Source: Truepera sp.
GTDB lineage: Bacteria; Deinococcota; Deinococci; Deinococcales; Trueperaceae
Direction of reading: 5' to 3'
Assembly (NCBI GenBank): GCA_965218435.1
Contig: CBDCKW010000009.1
Location: forward strand, 1,056,001 to 1,120,000
Length of the DNA: 64,000 nucleotides
The position numbers and the translations under genes are program-made. The notes below the pieces were generated by a model. It saw only the letters and a program-made list of their open reading frames with translations, had not been told where the DNA came from and searched no databases. Below, in pieces: positions 9,691 to 19,370 of this stretch (within the stretch, counting starts at the first letter, position 1; each line of letters begins with the position of its first letter).

Positions 9691-10311
9691 ATGGATACCG
9701 ACGTCACGAACGCCTCAACCAGCACTGACGAGCCTACTGTAAAGATCGCCGTACTGCTCTATAACGGCGTCGCCGACCTCGACGCGCTGGGTGTGTACAG
9801 CGTGCTGGGCGCAGCCAAAACCGTTTCGCCCGAAGATATAGAGCTTTACACCGTGGCCCGTTCCCGGATGTCGGTGACGACGGCGGGCGGCCTCGTCGTC
9901 ACGCCGCACTGGGCCTTTATGAGTGCGCCGCCGCCGGACGTACTGATTTTGCCGGGTGGCGACGTGGATACCGTCAAAAAAGACCGGGCGGTGATGGTGT
10001 ATCTGACCGAGCACGCGCCGAAGGTGCGCATCTGCGTAGCGGTTGGGACGGGCGCGTTTTTGTTGGGCGAGCTGGGCTTGGTCCGTGATATGGACGCGAC
10101 GACGTGGGCCGGGGCGTTGGAACGGCTCCGCGACTACGACGTTGGTGAAATCATCAATGTGCCGGTTGTTAAAAATCAGCTCGAGCACGGGAGCCGCTGG
10201 TTCGCTGGTGGCGGCGAGAAGAGTTTAACGGCTGGGTTGGAGCTTCTTAAAGAGCTGTTTGGGTCGGACGTAGCCAAAGCGGTGGGGGAGAGGCTCGAGC
10301 TTACCCCTTAA
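9691..10311 (+). CDS. DJ-1/PfpI family protein lacking the nucleophile Cys
   Basis: KIAVLLYNG, DVLILPGG, VAVGTGAFLLG where SVCTGA is usual, ATT. Confidence 0.8.
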   Translation: MDTDVTNASTSTDEPTVKIAVLLYNGVADLDALGVYSVLGAAKTVSPEDIELYTVARSRMSVTTAGGLVVTPHWAFMSAPPPDVLILPGGDVDTVKKDRAVMVYLTEHAPKVRICVAVGTGAFLLGELGLVRDMDATTWAGALERLRDYDVGEIINVPVVKNQLEHGSRWFAGGGEKSLTAGLELLKELFGSDVAKAVGERLELTP

Positions 10312-10333
10312 CCTGACGACCTATGGCAACGAC

Positions 10334-10545
10334 TTACAGTCCTAAACCACGTTTAAGGGCGCTGGTCCAGGCTCGAGTAAAGTTTTAGCTTACGGTCGTC
10401 TCTTTTACCCTCATATCACCTCATCTCAAAGGCGTGATGCACCGGGGTACACACGTAGTTCGGTGGGTACACCGGCCCGTATAAGACAGTGCGTGTACGT
10501 TAAAGACTCGTCAGCCCCGACTGCAATAAAGGTTGGGGGTAACCC
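10334..10545 (-). pseudogene. Remnant C-terminus of an HSL-type alpha/beta esterase
   Basis: Minus strand reads GLPPTFIAVGADESLTYTHCLIRAGVPTELRVYPGA/HAFE...ALKRGLGL*, with deletions, a frameshift and a stop. Confidence 0.7.
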
Positions 10546-10641
10546 TACGGCCTTGCAGTAGAACGGCCTTTTGGGTCGGTATAAGAACTGCCGGTGACGA
10601 CGCTCTAAAAGCTATATGGTAGAGCGTGAAAGAGGTGGCCG

Positions 10642-12021
10642 GTGTACTTTGAACGTGTCTATGACGCAGGGCTTGCCCAGGCGAGTTATCTCGTCGGGTG
10701 TCAGCAAGCGGGTACGGCTATCGTCGTTGACCCGCGCCGCGATGTCGGCATTTACTTGGAGCTTGCCGAAAAAAACGGCCTGTGTATCACTGCCGTCACC
10801 GAAACGCATATCCACGCGGATTATCTGAGCGGAGCGCGTGAGCTAGCCGAGCAAACGGGCGCGGCGCTCTATTTAAGTGATGAAGGCGGGGACTGGTCTT
10901 ACGACTTTCCCCACGAAGGGTTGCGTCACGGCAGTAAGCTGGGGCTCGGCAACGTCGCCTTAAAAGCACTGCACACCCCCGGTCACACCCCGGAACATCT
11001 CAGCTTTTTGATCGCTGACGGCGCACGTACCGCTGAACCCGTCCTGCTCTTAACCGGCGATTTTGTCTTCGTCGGTGATTTGGGGCGACCCGACCTGTTA
11101 GACGCAGCAGCGGGCGGCACTGATACGCGGTTCGCGGGCGCACAAGCGTTATTTAGAAGCCTAAAAGACACCTTTTTAACGCTGCCCGATTTTGTTCAGG
11201 TGTGGCCCGGGCACGGCAGCGGTAGCGCGTGCGGCAAGGCGCTCGGCGCGGTTGCGAGTACCACCGTCGGCTATGAGCGCCGTTTTGCTTGGTGGTCGCG
11301 TTATCTGGCAGATGGCGATAAAGAAGGTTTTACGCGAGAACTGCTCAGCGGTCAACCTGACGCGCCCAGCTATTTCGGGCGGCTGAAACGTCAGAATAAG
11401 GCGGGTCCGGCTCCTGTCCCGGTTGGAAAGCTAAGGCGACTGGAGCCTCGAGACCTCACCGGAAAACTCCTGCTTGATACCCGTTCACGCGAGGCGTATC
11501 ACTTAGGGTCACTGCCTGACGCGCTCAACCTCACTTCGGGTCAAACCTTTGAAACGTGGGCAGGCTGGCTGCTCGACCCGGAACTCGAGTCGCGTCCACT
11601 CGTCTTACTCGCTGAGAATGCGTCAGCAGCTCAAACGCTACGCGAAAGGCTTTGGCGCGTCGGGCTTGACAACATAGTGGGGTATCTGACGAGTTTAGCG
11701 GGTTTGCCCGTGCAAGCGGCTCCACTGCTCAACCCTGCCGAATTCGACGCCCTGCCGGATAAATTCGTGCTCGATGTGCGGACGCACGCCGAATACACCG
11801 CCGGTCACATCCCCGGTGCGACGCTTGTCTATGCCGGACGACTACCGGGGCAACTCTCCAGCTTGCCCAAAGACGTTCCTGTCGTCGTTCACTGTCAGTC
11901 GGGCGCACGTTCCCCCGGCGCGGCGAGCTTGCTCCGGGCCAACGGCTTTACAAATATCCTCGAGCTGGCCGGAGGGTACTCGAGCTGGCAACGTGCTCAG
12001 ATAGCAAAGCAACCTATGTGA
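10642..12021 (+). CDS. MBL-fold persulfide dioxygenase-rhodanese fusion (CstB-like)
   Basis: THIHADY, HTPGHT, PGHGSGSACG, C-terminal rhodanese VHCQSGARS. Confidence 0.88.
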   Translation: MYFERVYDAGLAQASYLVGCQQAGTAIVVDPRRDVGIYLELAEKNGLCITAVTETHIHADYLSGARELAEQTGAALYLSDEGGDWSYDFPHEGLRHGSKLGLGNVALKALHTPGHTPEHLSFLIADGARTAEPVLLLTGDFVFVGDLGRPDLLDAAAGGTDTRFAGAQALFRSLKDTFLTLPDFVQVWPGHGSGSACGKALGAVASTTVGYERRFAWWSRYLADGDKEGFTRELLSGQPDAPSYFGRLKRQNKAGPAPVPVGKLRRLEPRDLTGKLLLDTRSREAYHLGSLPDALNLTSGQTFETWAGWLLDPELESRPLVLLAENASAAQTLRERLWRVGLDNIVGYLTSLAGLPVQAAPLLNPAEFDALPDKFVLDVRTHAEYTAGHIPGATLVYAGRLPGQLSSLPKDVPVVVHCQSGARSPGAASLLRANGFTNILELAGGYSSWQRAQIAKQPM

Positions 12022-12200
12022 CCTTTTTGGCGCTCGCCTCACGCTGCTGGCGTCTGCTGGGGTCAATGGGTTAACGCTTGGTTACATCGGAGCGGCGGGA
12101 GCAGCTTGTACCGTACCGCGTCGCTCTCTTTTTGCTCGAGACCTGGCTTTGCTGTATGTCGCAAACCGGCGCGCTGGAAACCAACGTGCTGCCAACCAAA
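12018..12200 (+). pseudogene. Possible degraded TauE/SafE (sulfite exporter) N-terminal remnant
   Basis: GGGTTAACGCTTGGTTACATCGGAGCGGCGGGAGCAGCTTGTACCGTACCG reads GLTLGYIGA-GGSSL-TVP with small indels; directly downstream of the CstB-like gene. Confidence 0.4.
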
Positions 12201-12210
12201 TTACCTCACT

Positions 12211-12235
12211 AAAAAACCCTCCCAAACGGGAAGGC
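12211..12235 (-). terminator. Intrinsic terminator of the pyridoxamine-oxidase-like gene
   Basis: Minus strand CCTTCCC-GTTT-GGGAGGG followed by a T-run. Confidence 0.6.
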
Positions 12236-12264
12236 ATAGTTGCTTACAGCGGCTGAGCTTACGA

Positions 12265-12750
12265 CTACGGCTCGACGACGCCGTGATCCGTGCCGGTATA
12301 GGTCTCGTTAGTTACAGCAGCTTTGGCCATGCCGAAAAGCTGACCCATCTTGCTGTGGTTGTCGTCCCAGTATTCAGCGCCGGAGACGGTGATCCGTAAA
12401 AGCGCCAGGTGTGGGTCGTCTCGCCCACCGTTGAACCAAGCTTTAAGCGCTGGGTTCCACAGCTCATCCATCTTGGCCGAGTCTTTGGTGAGTTCGGCTT
12501 TGCCCGAGACCGATACAAAGAGGCTGTCTTTAGGTTCTGCGTACGCGAGGTTTACATCACGCTCTCGCTTGATTTCATCAACTTTACCTGAGTCGTCGGC
12601 GGTAAAAAACCACAGCTCGCCGCTGAACTCGGCCTGCTGCGTATACATCGGGCGGCTCCTCAAATTGCCGTCATCTTCTACGGTTGTGAGCATCGCCACC
12701 CGGACGTCTTTAATTTTGTCCCACAATTGTTGTTCGTTTTGGTCGCTCAT
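12265..12750 (-). CDS. Pyridoxamine 5'-phosphate oxidase-like FMN-binding general stress protein
   Basis: KIKDVRVAMLTT, SRPM, LWFFT, AWF..G.DDP, AEYWD. Confidence 0.88.
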   Translation of the reverse strand: MSDQNEQQLWDKIKDVRVAMLTTVEDDGNLRSRPMYTQQAEFSGELWFFTADDSGKVDEIKRERDVNLAYAEPKDSLFVSVSGKAELTKDSAKMDELWNPALKAWFNGGRDDPHLALLRITVSGAEYWDDNHSKMGQLFGMAKAAVTNETYTGTDHGVVEP

Positions 12751-12827
12751 ACGCTCGTTATAACGTGTGGGCCGAGCGGTTTCTGCAAGCTGGGCTTGAC
12801 TTGGCGTAGAGATAGGGGAGAGAACGG

Positions 12828-13250
12828 CTACTCGAGCCCCGTCTGCTCACGGACTTGCCGCTTCAAGCGACCCATAATCGCCGTCATCCCGCGCAAGCGT
12901 AAGGGTGAAATCACCTCGCCGAGTTTGAGGTCCTCGTAAAAGTTGTCGGGCGTGGCCAGCACCTCGTCCGGGCTGAGACCGTCCAAACCTGCGGACAAAA
13001 CCCCGGCGAAGCCGCGCGTGGTGGGCGCTTCAGGAGGCGCGTCGAAAAAGAAATGGACGTGGTTGTCGTCAATTTCGGTGGCAACGAAAAAGGGCGTTTG
13101 GCACTCGTGGACGCGCTCGAGGTCTTGACCCTCGAAACTCTCGGGCAGGGGCGGAACTTTTTTAGAATACTCGAGCAGCAGCTGGAGCCGAAGCTGTTTG
13201 GGGGCGCTCTGAAACGTGTTGACGATCGTTTGAAGTTTTTCGGGAACCAT
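12828..13250 (-). CDS. sufE: SufE family sulfur acceptor
   Basis: RLQLLLEYS, RVHECQTP, EAPTTRGFAG, ISPLRLRG. Confidence 0.9.
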   Translation of the reverse strand: MVPEKLQTIVNTFQSAPKQLRLQLLLEYSKKVPPLPESFEGQDLERVHECQTPFFVATEIDDNHVHFFFDAPPEAPTTRGFAGVLSAGLDGLSPDEVLATPDNFYEDLKLGEVISPLRLRGMTAIMGRLKRQVREQTGLE

Positions 13251-13427
13251 TTTTCTACTATAGAACCGCCTTTATCCGGTGAACGTACCTGAACTGACGT
13301 GCCGGTTCCTGTGCGCAAACTTCGCCCTGGGATGCCCGTCTAACCACCCGTGGATACTCGAGGTGCCCTGCTTGTAGCAAACCTTAGGGGTCATCCTCGT
13401 ACAAGGCGAGTGTTATTCTGAGCCCAT

Positions 13428-14708
13428 ATGCAAGCTTTTCCGGACGCTCTCCCGATCTCTCCTAAACCTCCCGTAGACGCCTCGCTCCGCGTTCCCGGTT
13501 CTAAAAGTCTGACCAACCGGGCGCTCACCATCGCCGCCTTAGCCGACGGCGTTTCGACCCTAAGCGGTTGCTTGGTCGCTGAAGACAGCGAGGTGATGAT
13601 CGCGGCGCTGCGGACGCTTGGGCTGAAGGTCACGCAGCGTGGCACCACCGTGACTATTGCCGGACAGGGCGGCACCATACCGGCGACGGCGGCGCAGCTC
13701 GAGCTGCGGCTGTCGGGCACTTCGGTTCGTTTCTTGACGGCGCTCGTCGCTCTCGGACAGGGCCGCTACACGCTGGACGGCAACGAGCGGATGCGCGAAC
13801 GGCCGATTCAAGACCTGCTGAACACGCTCGCAAAGCTAGGGGTCCGGGCTGAAACCGCGTTTAAAACAGGCTGCCCGCCGGTCATCGTCGAGGCTGCCGG
13901 GCTCCGGGGCGGCGCAGCGGAAGTTTCTGGCAGCAGTTCGTCGCAGTATCTCTCAGCTCTGTTAATGGCGGCTCCTTACGCGGCGGAACCCGTGACGCTT
14001 GCGGTGACCGGCGAGTTGCAGTCGAAGCCTTTTATTGACATGACTTTGGCGCTGATGGCAGATTTTGGCGTCACGGTTCAGAGAGACGGCTACGTGCGCT
14101 TTACCGTCCTGACCGGCGTCTACCGGGCACGCACCTTTGAGGTTGAAGGGGACGCGATGGCGGCGGGTTATTTGTGGGCGGCAGCGGCGATTACCGGTGG
14201 GCGGGTCCGGGTCGAAAATGTCGGTTCACGTTCAGTCCAGGGGGATAAGCGGCTGGCGGATGTGCTTGCTCAGATGGGTTGTAAGGTCAGCTGGACGGAC
14301 GAAAGCTGTGAAGTCGTCGCACCTGAGACGTTGCGCGGCGGTACCTTTGACCTCAACGATATGAGCGATCAGGCGCAGACGCTGGCCGTCGTTGCGCTTT
14401 TTGCCGACAGTCCGACGCGGATTGAAAATATCTGGAACTTGCGGATCAAAGAGACCGACCGCTTAAGCGCCCTTTACAGTGAGCTGAGCAAGCTCGGCGC
14501 ACGCGTTGAAGAAGGCCGCGATTTTTTGGTAGTTCACCCACTTTCCGCTAAAGCAGCAAAACCTGCTGAAATCGAAACGTATGGGGATCACCGGATGGCG
14601 ATGGCGTTTGCTCTGGCAGGTCTGCGTCTGCCCGGTGTCGTGATTCAAGACCCGGCGTGCGTCACCAAGACGTTTCCTGACTACTTTCAGGTTTTGGCGG
14701 CGCTGTGA
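13428..14708 (+). CDS. aroA: 3-phosphoshikimate 1-carboxyvinyltransferase
   Basis: PGSKSLTNR, SGTSVRF, SSQYLS, RIKETDR, DHRMAM, KTFP. Confidence 0.97.
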   Translation: MQAFPDALPISPKPPVDASLRVPGSKSLTNRALTIAALADGVSTLSGCLVAEDSEVMIAALRTLGLKVTQRGTTVTIAGQGGTIPATAAQLELRLSGTSVRFLTALVALGQGRYTLDGNERMRERPIQDLLNTLAKLGVRAETAFKTGCPPVIVEAAGLRGGAAEVSGSSSSQYLSALLMAAPYAAEPVTLAVTGELQSKPFIDMTLALMADFGVTVQRDGYVRFTVLTGVYRARTFEVEGDAMAAGYLWAAAAITGGRVRVENVGSRSVQGDKRLADVLAQMGCKVSWTDESCEVVAPETLRGGTFDLNDMSDQAQTLAVVALFADSPTRIENIWNLRIKETDRLSALYSELSKLGARVEEGRDFLVVHPLSAKAAKPAEIETYGDHRMAMAFALAGLRLPGVVIQDPACVTKTFPDYFQVLAAL

Positions 14709-15406
14709 CAGTAGCGTTTCGAATGCCCTCTATGATAGAGCTTGTGAAAGGGTCTGAACCTGACGGCGCTGTAAATGCGATTACCCTGGACGGCCCCGCC
14801 GCGTCGGGTAAATCGAGCGTGGCGCGGCTCGTCGCTGAGGCGCTGGGGGTGCCGTACGTCTCGAGCGGCCTGCTGTACCGGGCGGCGACCTATCTGGCCC
14901 AAGCGGGCGACGTTTCGCTCACTGACGAAGGGGCGCTCACCGGGCTGCTCGGCGGCGTGCAAGTCGGGCTCGAGACTCGCGTGGGCCTCCCTAACCGCGT
15001 CAGCGTAAACGGCGCGCTCCTAGGGGAAAGCCTGCTGCACACCGATACGGTAGATGCGGGCGTCTCGGCAGTCGCGCGGCACCCGCGCGTACGCGCCTGG
15101 GTAGACGCGCGGCTCCGCGAACTTACGGGAACGTTTGTGGTCGAAGGGCGCGACATGGGAACCGCCGTATTTCCGAACGCGGCGCACAAGTTTTACCTCG
15201 ACGCGCCCGCCGAAGTGCGGGCCGCGCGGCGCACGGGGGAGCGTCACGCCGACCTCGAGGCTGTGGCGGCGGCGCTGAGACGCCGCGACGCGCTCGACGC
15301 CGCGCAGCTGCGGCCAGCAAGGGACGCACGCCATATCAATACGGGTGCGCTTTCTCTGGCCGGGGTGGTTGAGGAAGTGTTGTGGGCACTTGGAGTCGAA
15401 GGTTAA
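14705..15406 (+). CDS. cmk: Cytidylate kinase
   Basis: DGPAASGKSS, SGLLYRA, EGRDMGT.VFP; overlaps the aroA stop. Confidence 0.95.
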   Translation: MTVAFRMPSMIELVKGSEPDGAVNAITLDGPAASGKSSVARLVAEALGVPYVSSGLLYRAATYLAQAGDVSLTDEGALTGLLGGVQVGLETRVGLPNRVSVNGALLGESLLHTDTVDAGVSAVARHPRVRAWVDARLRELTGTFVVEGRDMGTAVFPNAAHKFYLDAPAEVRAARRTGERHADLEAVAAALRRRDALDAAQLRPARDARHINTGALSLAGVVEEVLWALGVEG

Positions 15407-16302
15407 TGGCCGAATTTTCTCTGAGCGCACGCGAGCTCAGGCGTGTCATCGTCACGAGCAGCCGTTACAAACCGCAAGCACACGACCTGGTGGCGGAGAC
15501 GGCGGCGCAGCTCAGGGACCTGGGCGCAGCTGTGACCGAGGACCCGGACGGGGCGCTTCATTTAGCCGACCTCGAGGCCGACCTGGTGATCTGTATCGGC
15601 GGCGACGGGTCGCTCCTCTCGACCGCCCGCCGTTTGGTCGGCAACTGCACCCCGACGCTCGGCGTCAACCTCGGGAAGCTCGGCTTTTTGGCGGAGCACA
15701 GTGTCGCCGATTTGCGGTCGTATCTGGCCGGTGAAGACGTTCACGGCTGGCAGCTCAACCCCAAAATGATGCTCCAAGCAACCATTCAACCGGATACGGA
15801 CGAGACCACCTCAGGGGACGCCGCGAACGTTCATACTTACTACGCGCTCAACGAAGTAACGATCTCTCAAGGGGTCATTACCCGGCTGATTCATATTGAT
15901 ATGGACGTAAACGGGGCGCACGCGTCGCAGTACCGCGCCGACGGCCTGATCATCTCGACGCCGGTCGGCTCAACCTCGTATTCGCTCTCGCTCGGCGGCC
16001 CGATTTTGAGCCAAGGGCTCCGGGCTTTTGTCGTGACGCCGAACGCGCCGCACGCGCTGACCAACCGTGCGGTTGTGCTCGAGGGTTCGTCTAAGGTGGG
16101 GTTCAGAGTATCCGGCCCGGTTGATGAACTCGCGCTCGTCGTTGATTCGCATGAACGCTACCCCCTCCGCCCCGGTGACCGCTTTACCGTGTGCGCCGCG
16201 CCCACGGACTTTATGCTGATTTCGTCGGGGAAACGCAGCTACTTCGATATCTTGCGGACCAAACTGGGGTGGGGCAGTTCGCCGGGACTACGCGAAATCT
16301 AA
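15406..16302 (+). CDS. nadK: NAD kinase
   Basis: GGDGS, GVNLGKLGFL, ALNE, DGLIISTPVGSTSYSLSLGGP; TAATG overlap with cmk. Confidence 0.95.
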   Translation: MAEFSLSARELRRVIVTSSRYKPQAHDLVAETAAQLRDLGAAVTEDPDGALHLADLEADLVICIGGDGSLLSTARRLVGNCTPTLGVNLGKLGFLAEHSVADLRSYLAGEDVHGWQLNPKMMLQATIQPDTDETTSGDAANVHTYYALNEVTISQGVITRLIHIDMDVNGAHASQYRADGLIISTPVGSTSYSLSLGGPILSQGLRAFVVTPNAPHALTNRAVVLEGSSKVGFRVSGPVDELALVVDSHERYPLRPGDRFTVCAAPTDFMLISSGKRSYFDILRTKLGWGSSPGLREI

Positions 16303-16502
16303 GGGTCAGCTTAGGTTTGTTGGTGTGACGAATAAAAAGTCAGAAACTGGTAGCTCGAGCAAAAGAAAGTGCCTCGCGCACTCAAAACGTGACGGCAAAA
16401 ATGGAGCTGACAAGGTTGCTCAGGCTACCGTAAAACTGCGTAAAACGTCGTTCTTTATAGATGTTATTTGACTATCGCTGTCCAACACGTGCTTTCTTGG
16501 AG

Positions 16503-16576
16503 CGTCACAGTGAGTGTCACAATATTTGTAACAGCTTTGGCTTCTGTCTAAAACCTGTCTAGAATTTGTCTAAATC
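16503..16576. promoter_or_regulatory. Phased direct repeats (TGTCTA x3 at 11-bp period; YGTMAC x3 at 12-bp period)
   Basis: TGTCTA at 16545, 16556, 16567; CGTCAC/TGTCAC/TGTAAC at 16503, 16515, 16527. Confidence 0.45.
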
Positions 16577-16679
16577 TGTTCAGCTGAACCGCCGATCACT
16601 CGGCTGACGGCGCAGCAAAACTGCGTTAAACGTGGTGCGGCTTGCTGAGTTTATACAGCAAAAGCGTCAGGCTACGGTC

Positions 16680-17288
16680 ATGGCTAAGCTCCTCCCCGAG
16701 TTTTTTCGCCGTGACGATGAGCAGCCTGATGAACGCTTTTACGCCGCGCCGCGTTTTACGACCCACCTAGGACCCGCCGCCTCGAGCGCCGCTTTAGAGC
16801 GTTACCGCGACCTTTTACCGGCAGGCGGCTATGTCCTTGACTTGATGGCTGGTTATGTGTCTCACCTGCCGCCTGTATTCGGGCGCGTCACCGGGTTGGG
16901 CCTTAACCGCGACGAGCTGACGCACAACCCTTCCCTCGACGATTATCTCGTTTTAGACCTCAACCAAATGAGCTTTTTACCCTTTGCTGACGCAACCTTT
17001 GACGGCGTGGTTTGTACCGAAGGCGTCGCGTACCTGACGCAACCCTTGGTGACCTTTGCCGAAGTCGCCCGTAGTCTGGCAAGCGGCGCACCTTCTATCG
17101 TAACCTTTTCCAACCGGATGTTCGAGTCTAAAGCGGTGCTGGCGTGGCGTTCCGCCGATGACGCGGCCCGGGTGCGGCTGGTGCGTTCTTACTTTGAGGC
17201 GACGCCGATGTTTGGCGGCACCCACAGTATGCATTTTGAACCCGCAGACGGCGACCCGCTTTACGCAATCTGGGCGTTTAAGCAGTAA
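16680..17288 (+). CDS. Class I SAM-dependent methyltransferase (type 11-like)
   Basis: FRRDDEQPDERFYAAPRFTTH, VLDLMAG, GLGLN, FSNRMF; paralog at 35944. Confidence 0.85.
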   Translation: MAKLLPEFFRRDDEQPDERFYAAPRFTTHLGPAASSAALERYRDLLPAGGYVLDLMAGYVSHLPPVFGRVTGLGLNRDELTHNPSLDDYLVLDLNQMSFLPFADATFDGVVCTEGVAYLTQPLVTFAEVARSLASGAPSIVTFSNRMFESKAVLAWRSADDAARVRLVRSYFEATPMFGGTHSMHFEPADGDPLYAIWAFKQ

Positions 17289-17496
17289 CGTCTTTTCAGC
17301 AAATATCATCTAGTCAGCAACGCTCTCCGTCTAAGTTTTGCTGACCAGCACGCAGGTAAGGTAATGCTTGGCGCAATTCATTAAGGAAGTGCTACAAGAC
17401 TATAGTGTTGCTGCGCGTAAGCTCCGCAAGTTTTTACGGTATATCCGTAACGGAACTTTATTCGGGAGTGTTTATGCTGGCGACTGGACTCCTTTG

Positions 17497-17612
17497 TAGA
17501 AGCTGTCTCAAACACTTTTTAGGTTGAGGCCCAAAAGGGTTTGACCGAGCTAGGCGAGGTAGATAGGACGCTCCAAGTCTGGGCTAGGAAATCATTTTTT
17601 AGATAGTTTCTA
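17497..17612 (+). mobile_element. MITE-like element, copy 1
   Basis: Imperfect terminal inverted repeats TAGAAGCTGTCTCAAA ... TTTTAGATAGTTTCTA; homologous to the reverse complement of 18867..18997. Confidence 0.65.
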
Positions 17613-17690
17613 GCCAAGATACTCTGCTTAATCAGGACCGTTACTACCTTTTATAACCCTGCTAAACTCAGCCTGACTTAAACTAATCGA

Positions 17691-18869
17691 GTGCGTATCA
17701 CCCTGCTTTCTAATGGTCACGGTGAAGATACGGTAGGGGCGCTACTTGCTGAACAGTTGTGGGCGCTCGAGCCCACCCTGACCCTCCGCGCGTTTCCCAC
17801 AGTCGGCTTGGGCCGTGCGTATGAACGCGCCCAGGTTCCGCTGTTAGGGCCGCGCCGTGAACTGCCGAGCGGCGGCCTGCTGCTGCACAGTTTGGACGCC
17901 TTCTGGCAAGACCTGCGGGCCGGGTTTCTGACCCTGACGCGCCGTCAACTTGGTGCGCTCAGCCGCCTCGAGACTGACGCGCTTATCGTTGTCGGTGACG
18001 TTTACGCGCTGCTCCTCGGCAACCTGGTTAAGACCAAATACCGTTTTTACGTGCAAACGCTCATCTCGAGCTACCACAGCACTGCTGACTACCAAACTGA
18101 CGATGAAGCTGACCACAAAGCTGACGGCACAGCTAAGCGCACGTTCAACCATCCTAACCGCTACTTTATGGAGCATTTCAGCCCTTTAGAGCGGCAGCTA
18201 ATACGCCGGAACACGCATACCTATGTTCGTGACGCCCCTACCGCGTCCTTACTGGCGCGTTCAGGACTGGCGGTCAGCGCACTCGGTAACCCCATGCTTG
18301 ACGCGCTGGAGCCGGGCGCACCGCTGCCGCTCCCGCTCATAACGCCGGTCGTTGCACTTTTACCGGGGACGCGGCGTTACAAAACCGCTGCGCTAAACAT
18401 GATGCTCGGTGCGCTCGCCGTCATGCCGGAGGCGGCCGGACTCGTTGCCTGGACCGACCCTGTGCCACCCGACAGCTCGTGGCAAGTGGTTACCGACGGT
18501 ATCTGGCGGCGTGGCGAACGCGTCTGGCTGCTCAACCACAGATTTTCGGACGTTCTAAACGCAGCCGACCTCGTTTTAAGCACGGCGGGTACGGCCAGTG
18601 AGCAGGCCGCGTCACTGGGCAAGCCGATTGTCGCCTTTGCGGTGCCGCCGCTTTATACGGGGGCGTTTTTGGCCAATCAGCAGCGGCTCTTAGGGGCGGC
18701 GCTCACACGTTGCCGCGCGGAGCCGCGTGCGCTGGCCCTCGAGCTGCAGACACTCTGGCACGACCAGGCGCGTTATCAAGCCGCAGCCGCAGCGGGGCGT
18801 ACCCGGATGGGCGGGCGAGGCGGCGCTGCCGCGATCGCCACGGACATCTTAGCGCACTCACTAACTTAA
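17691..18869 (+). CDS. Lipid-A-disaccharide synthase-related glycosyltransferase-like protein
   Basis: LSNGHGED, PTVGLGRAY, LPSGG, VVGD, GNPMLD, LLPGTR, AGTASEQ..LGKP. Confidence 0.8.
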   Translation: MRITLLSNGHGEDTVGALLAEQLWALEPTLTLRAFPTVGLGRAYERAQVPLLGPRRELPSGGLLLHSLDAFWQDLRAGFLTLTRRQLGALSRLETDALIVVGDVYALLLGNLVKTKYRFYVQTLISSYHSTADYQTDDEADHKADGTAKRTFNHPNRYFMEHFSPLERQLIRRNTHTYVRDAPTASLLARSGLAVSALGNPMLDALEPGAPLPLPLITPVVALLPGTRRYKTAALNMMLGALAVMPEAAGLVAWTDPVPPDSSWQVVTDGIWRRGERVWLLNHRFSDVLNAADLVLSTAGTASEQAASLGKPIVAFAVPPLYTGAFLANQQRLLGAALTRCRAEPRALALELQTLWHDQARYQAAAAAGRTRMGGRGGAAAIATDILAHSLT

Positions 18870-18997
18870 AACCCATCTCAAAAATGGCTTTTTAGACCGA
18901 GAGCGCCGTATCTTACTCATATCTACCTCTCTACCTCGCCTAGTTCAGTCGACCCCTTTTTGGGTTGAGGCCAAAAGGGTTTCTGAGATGGCTTCTA
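18867..18997 (-). mobile_element. MITE-like element, copy 2 (inverted)
   Basis: TIRs TAAAACCCATCTCAAAA ... TTCTGAGATGGCTTCTA; shares CTAGGCGAGGTAGA and an internal hairpin with copy 1. Confidence 0.65.
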
Positions 18998-19239
18998 GCT
19001 AGGCTGTACCAGGTTTTGTTTTCGCCGTTGTGTTCCGAGTGCGTGAGCAACGCCGTTCTTTCTATCGAGCCAGCGATTGCCGATTTGTCCTTAGTGCTCC
19101 CTTATAGGACGCTATAAACGCCCCTAACAGGTTTTGGAAGGTTGGTAGAGCACGGATTTTGATTTCGGGTATACCGTCTACCAACATCTGTGCCCACTGA
19201 GTATTAGAGCAGAGAATAACTGTGTCCCGGAAAACTATC

Positions 19240-19270
19240 GTAAGATTTTATTAAGATTCCATTAAGCTTC
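19240..19270 (+). promoter_or_regulatory. Putative OmpR/PhoB-type tandem binding site
   Basis: TAAG at 19241, 19252, 19263 (GTAAGATTTTA TTAAGATTCCA TTAAGCTTC), 11-bp period, upstream of an operon encoding an OmpR regulator. Confidence 0.55.
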
Positions 19271-19370
19271 GTGCGGCATACTCATCTAAGCTTGGGCAGC
19301 GAGGGCGGCGAGGGCATAACTACCGCCGAAAAAACCGAACGAGGTTTTGGGCTACTAGTGAAAGGTTGAC

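Noticed and set aside
10440..10560. Apparent structured ncRNA (CCGG-GTAC...GTAC-CCGG and ACTGCAA...TTGCAGT hairpins)
   Set aside because: The minus strand translates to a recognisable esterase C-terminus, so a gene relic explains it better.
19141..19185. tRNA-like fragment (GTTGGTAGAGCA followed by a CGGA-TTTTGAT-TTCG arm)
   Set aside because: No T-arm or acceptor stem; it folds equally well as a simple GTTGGTAGA/TCTACCAAC hairpin.
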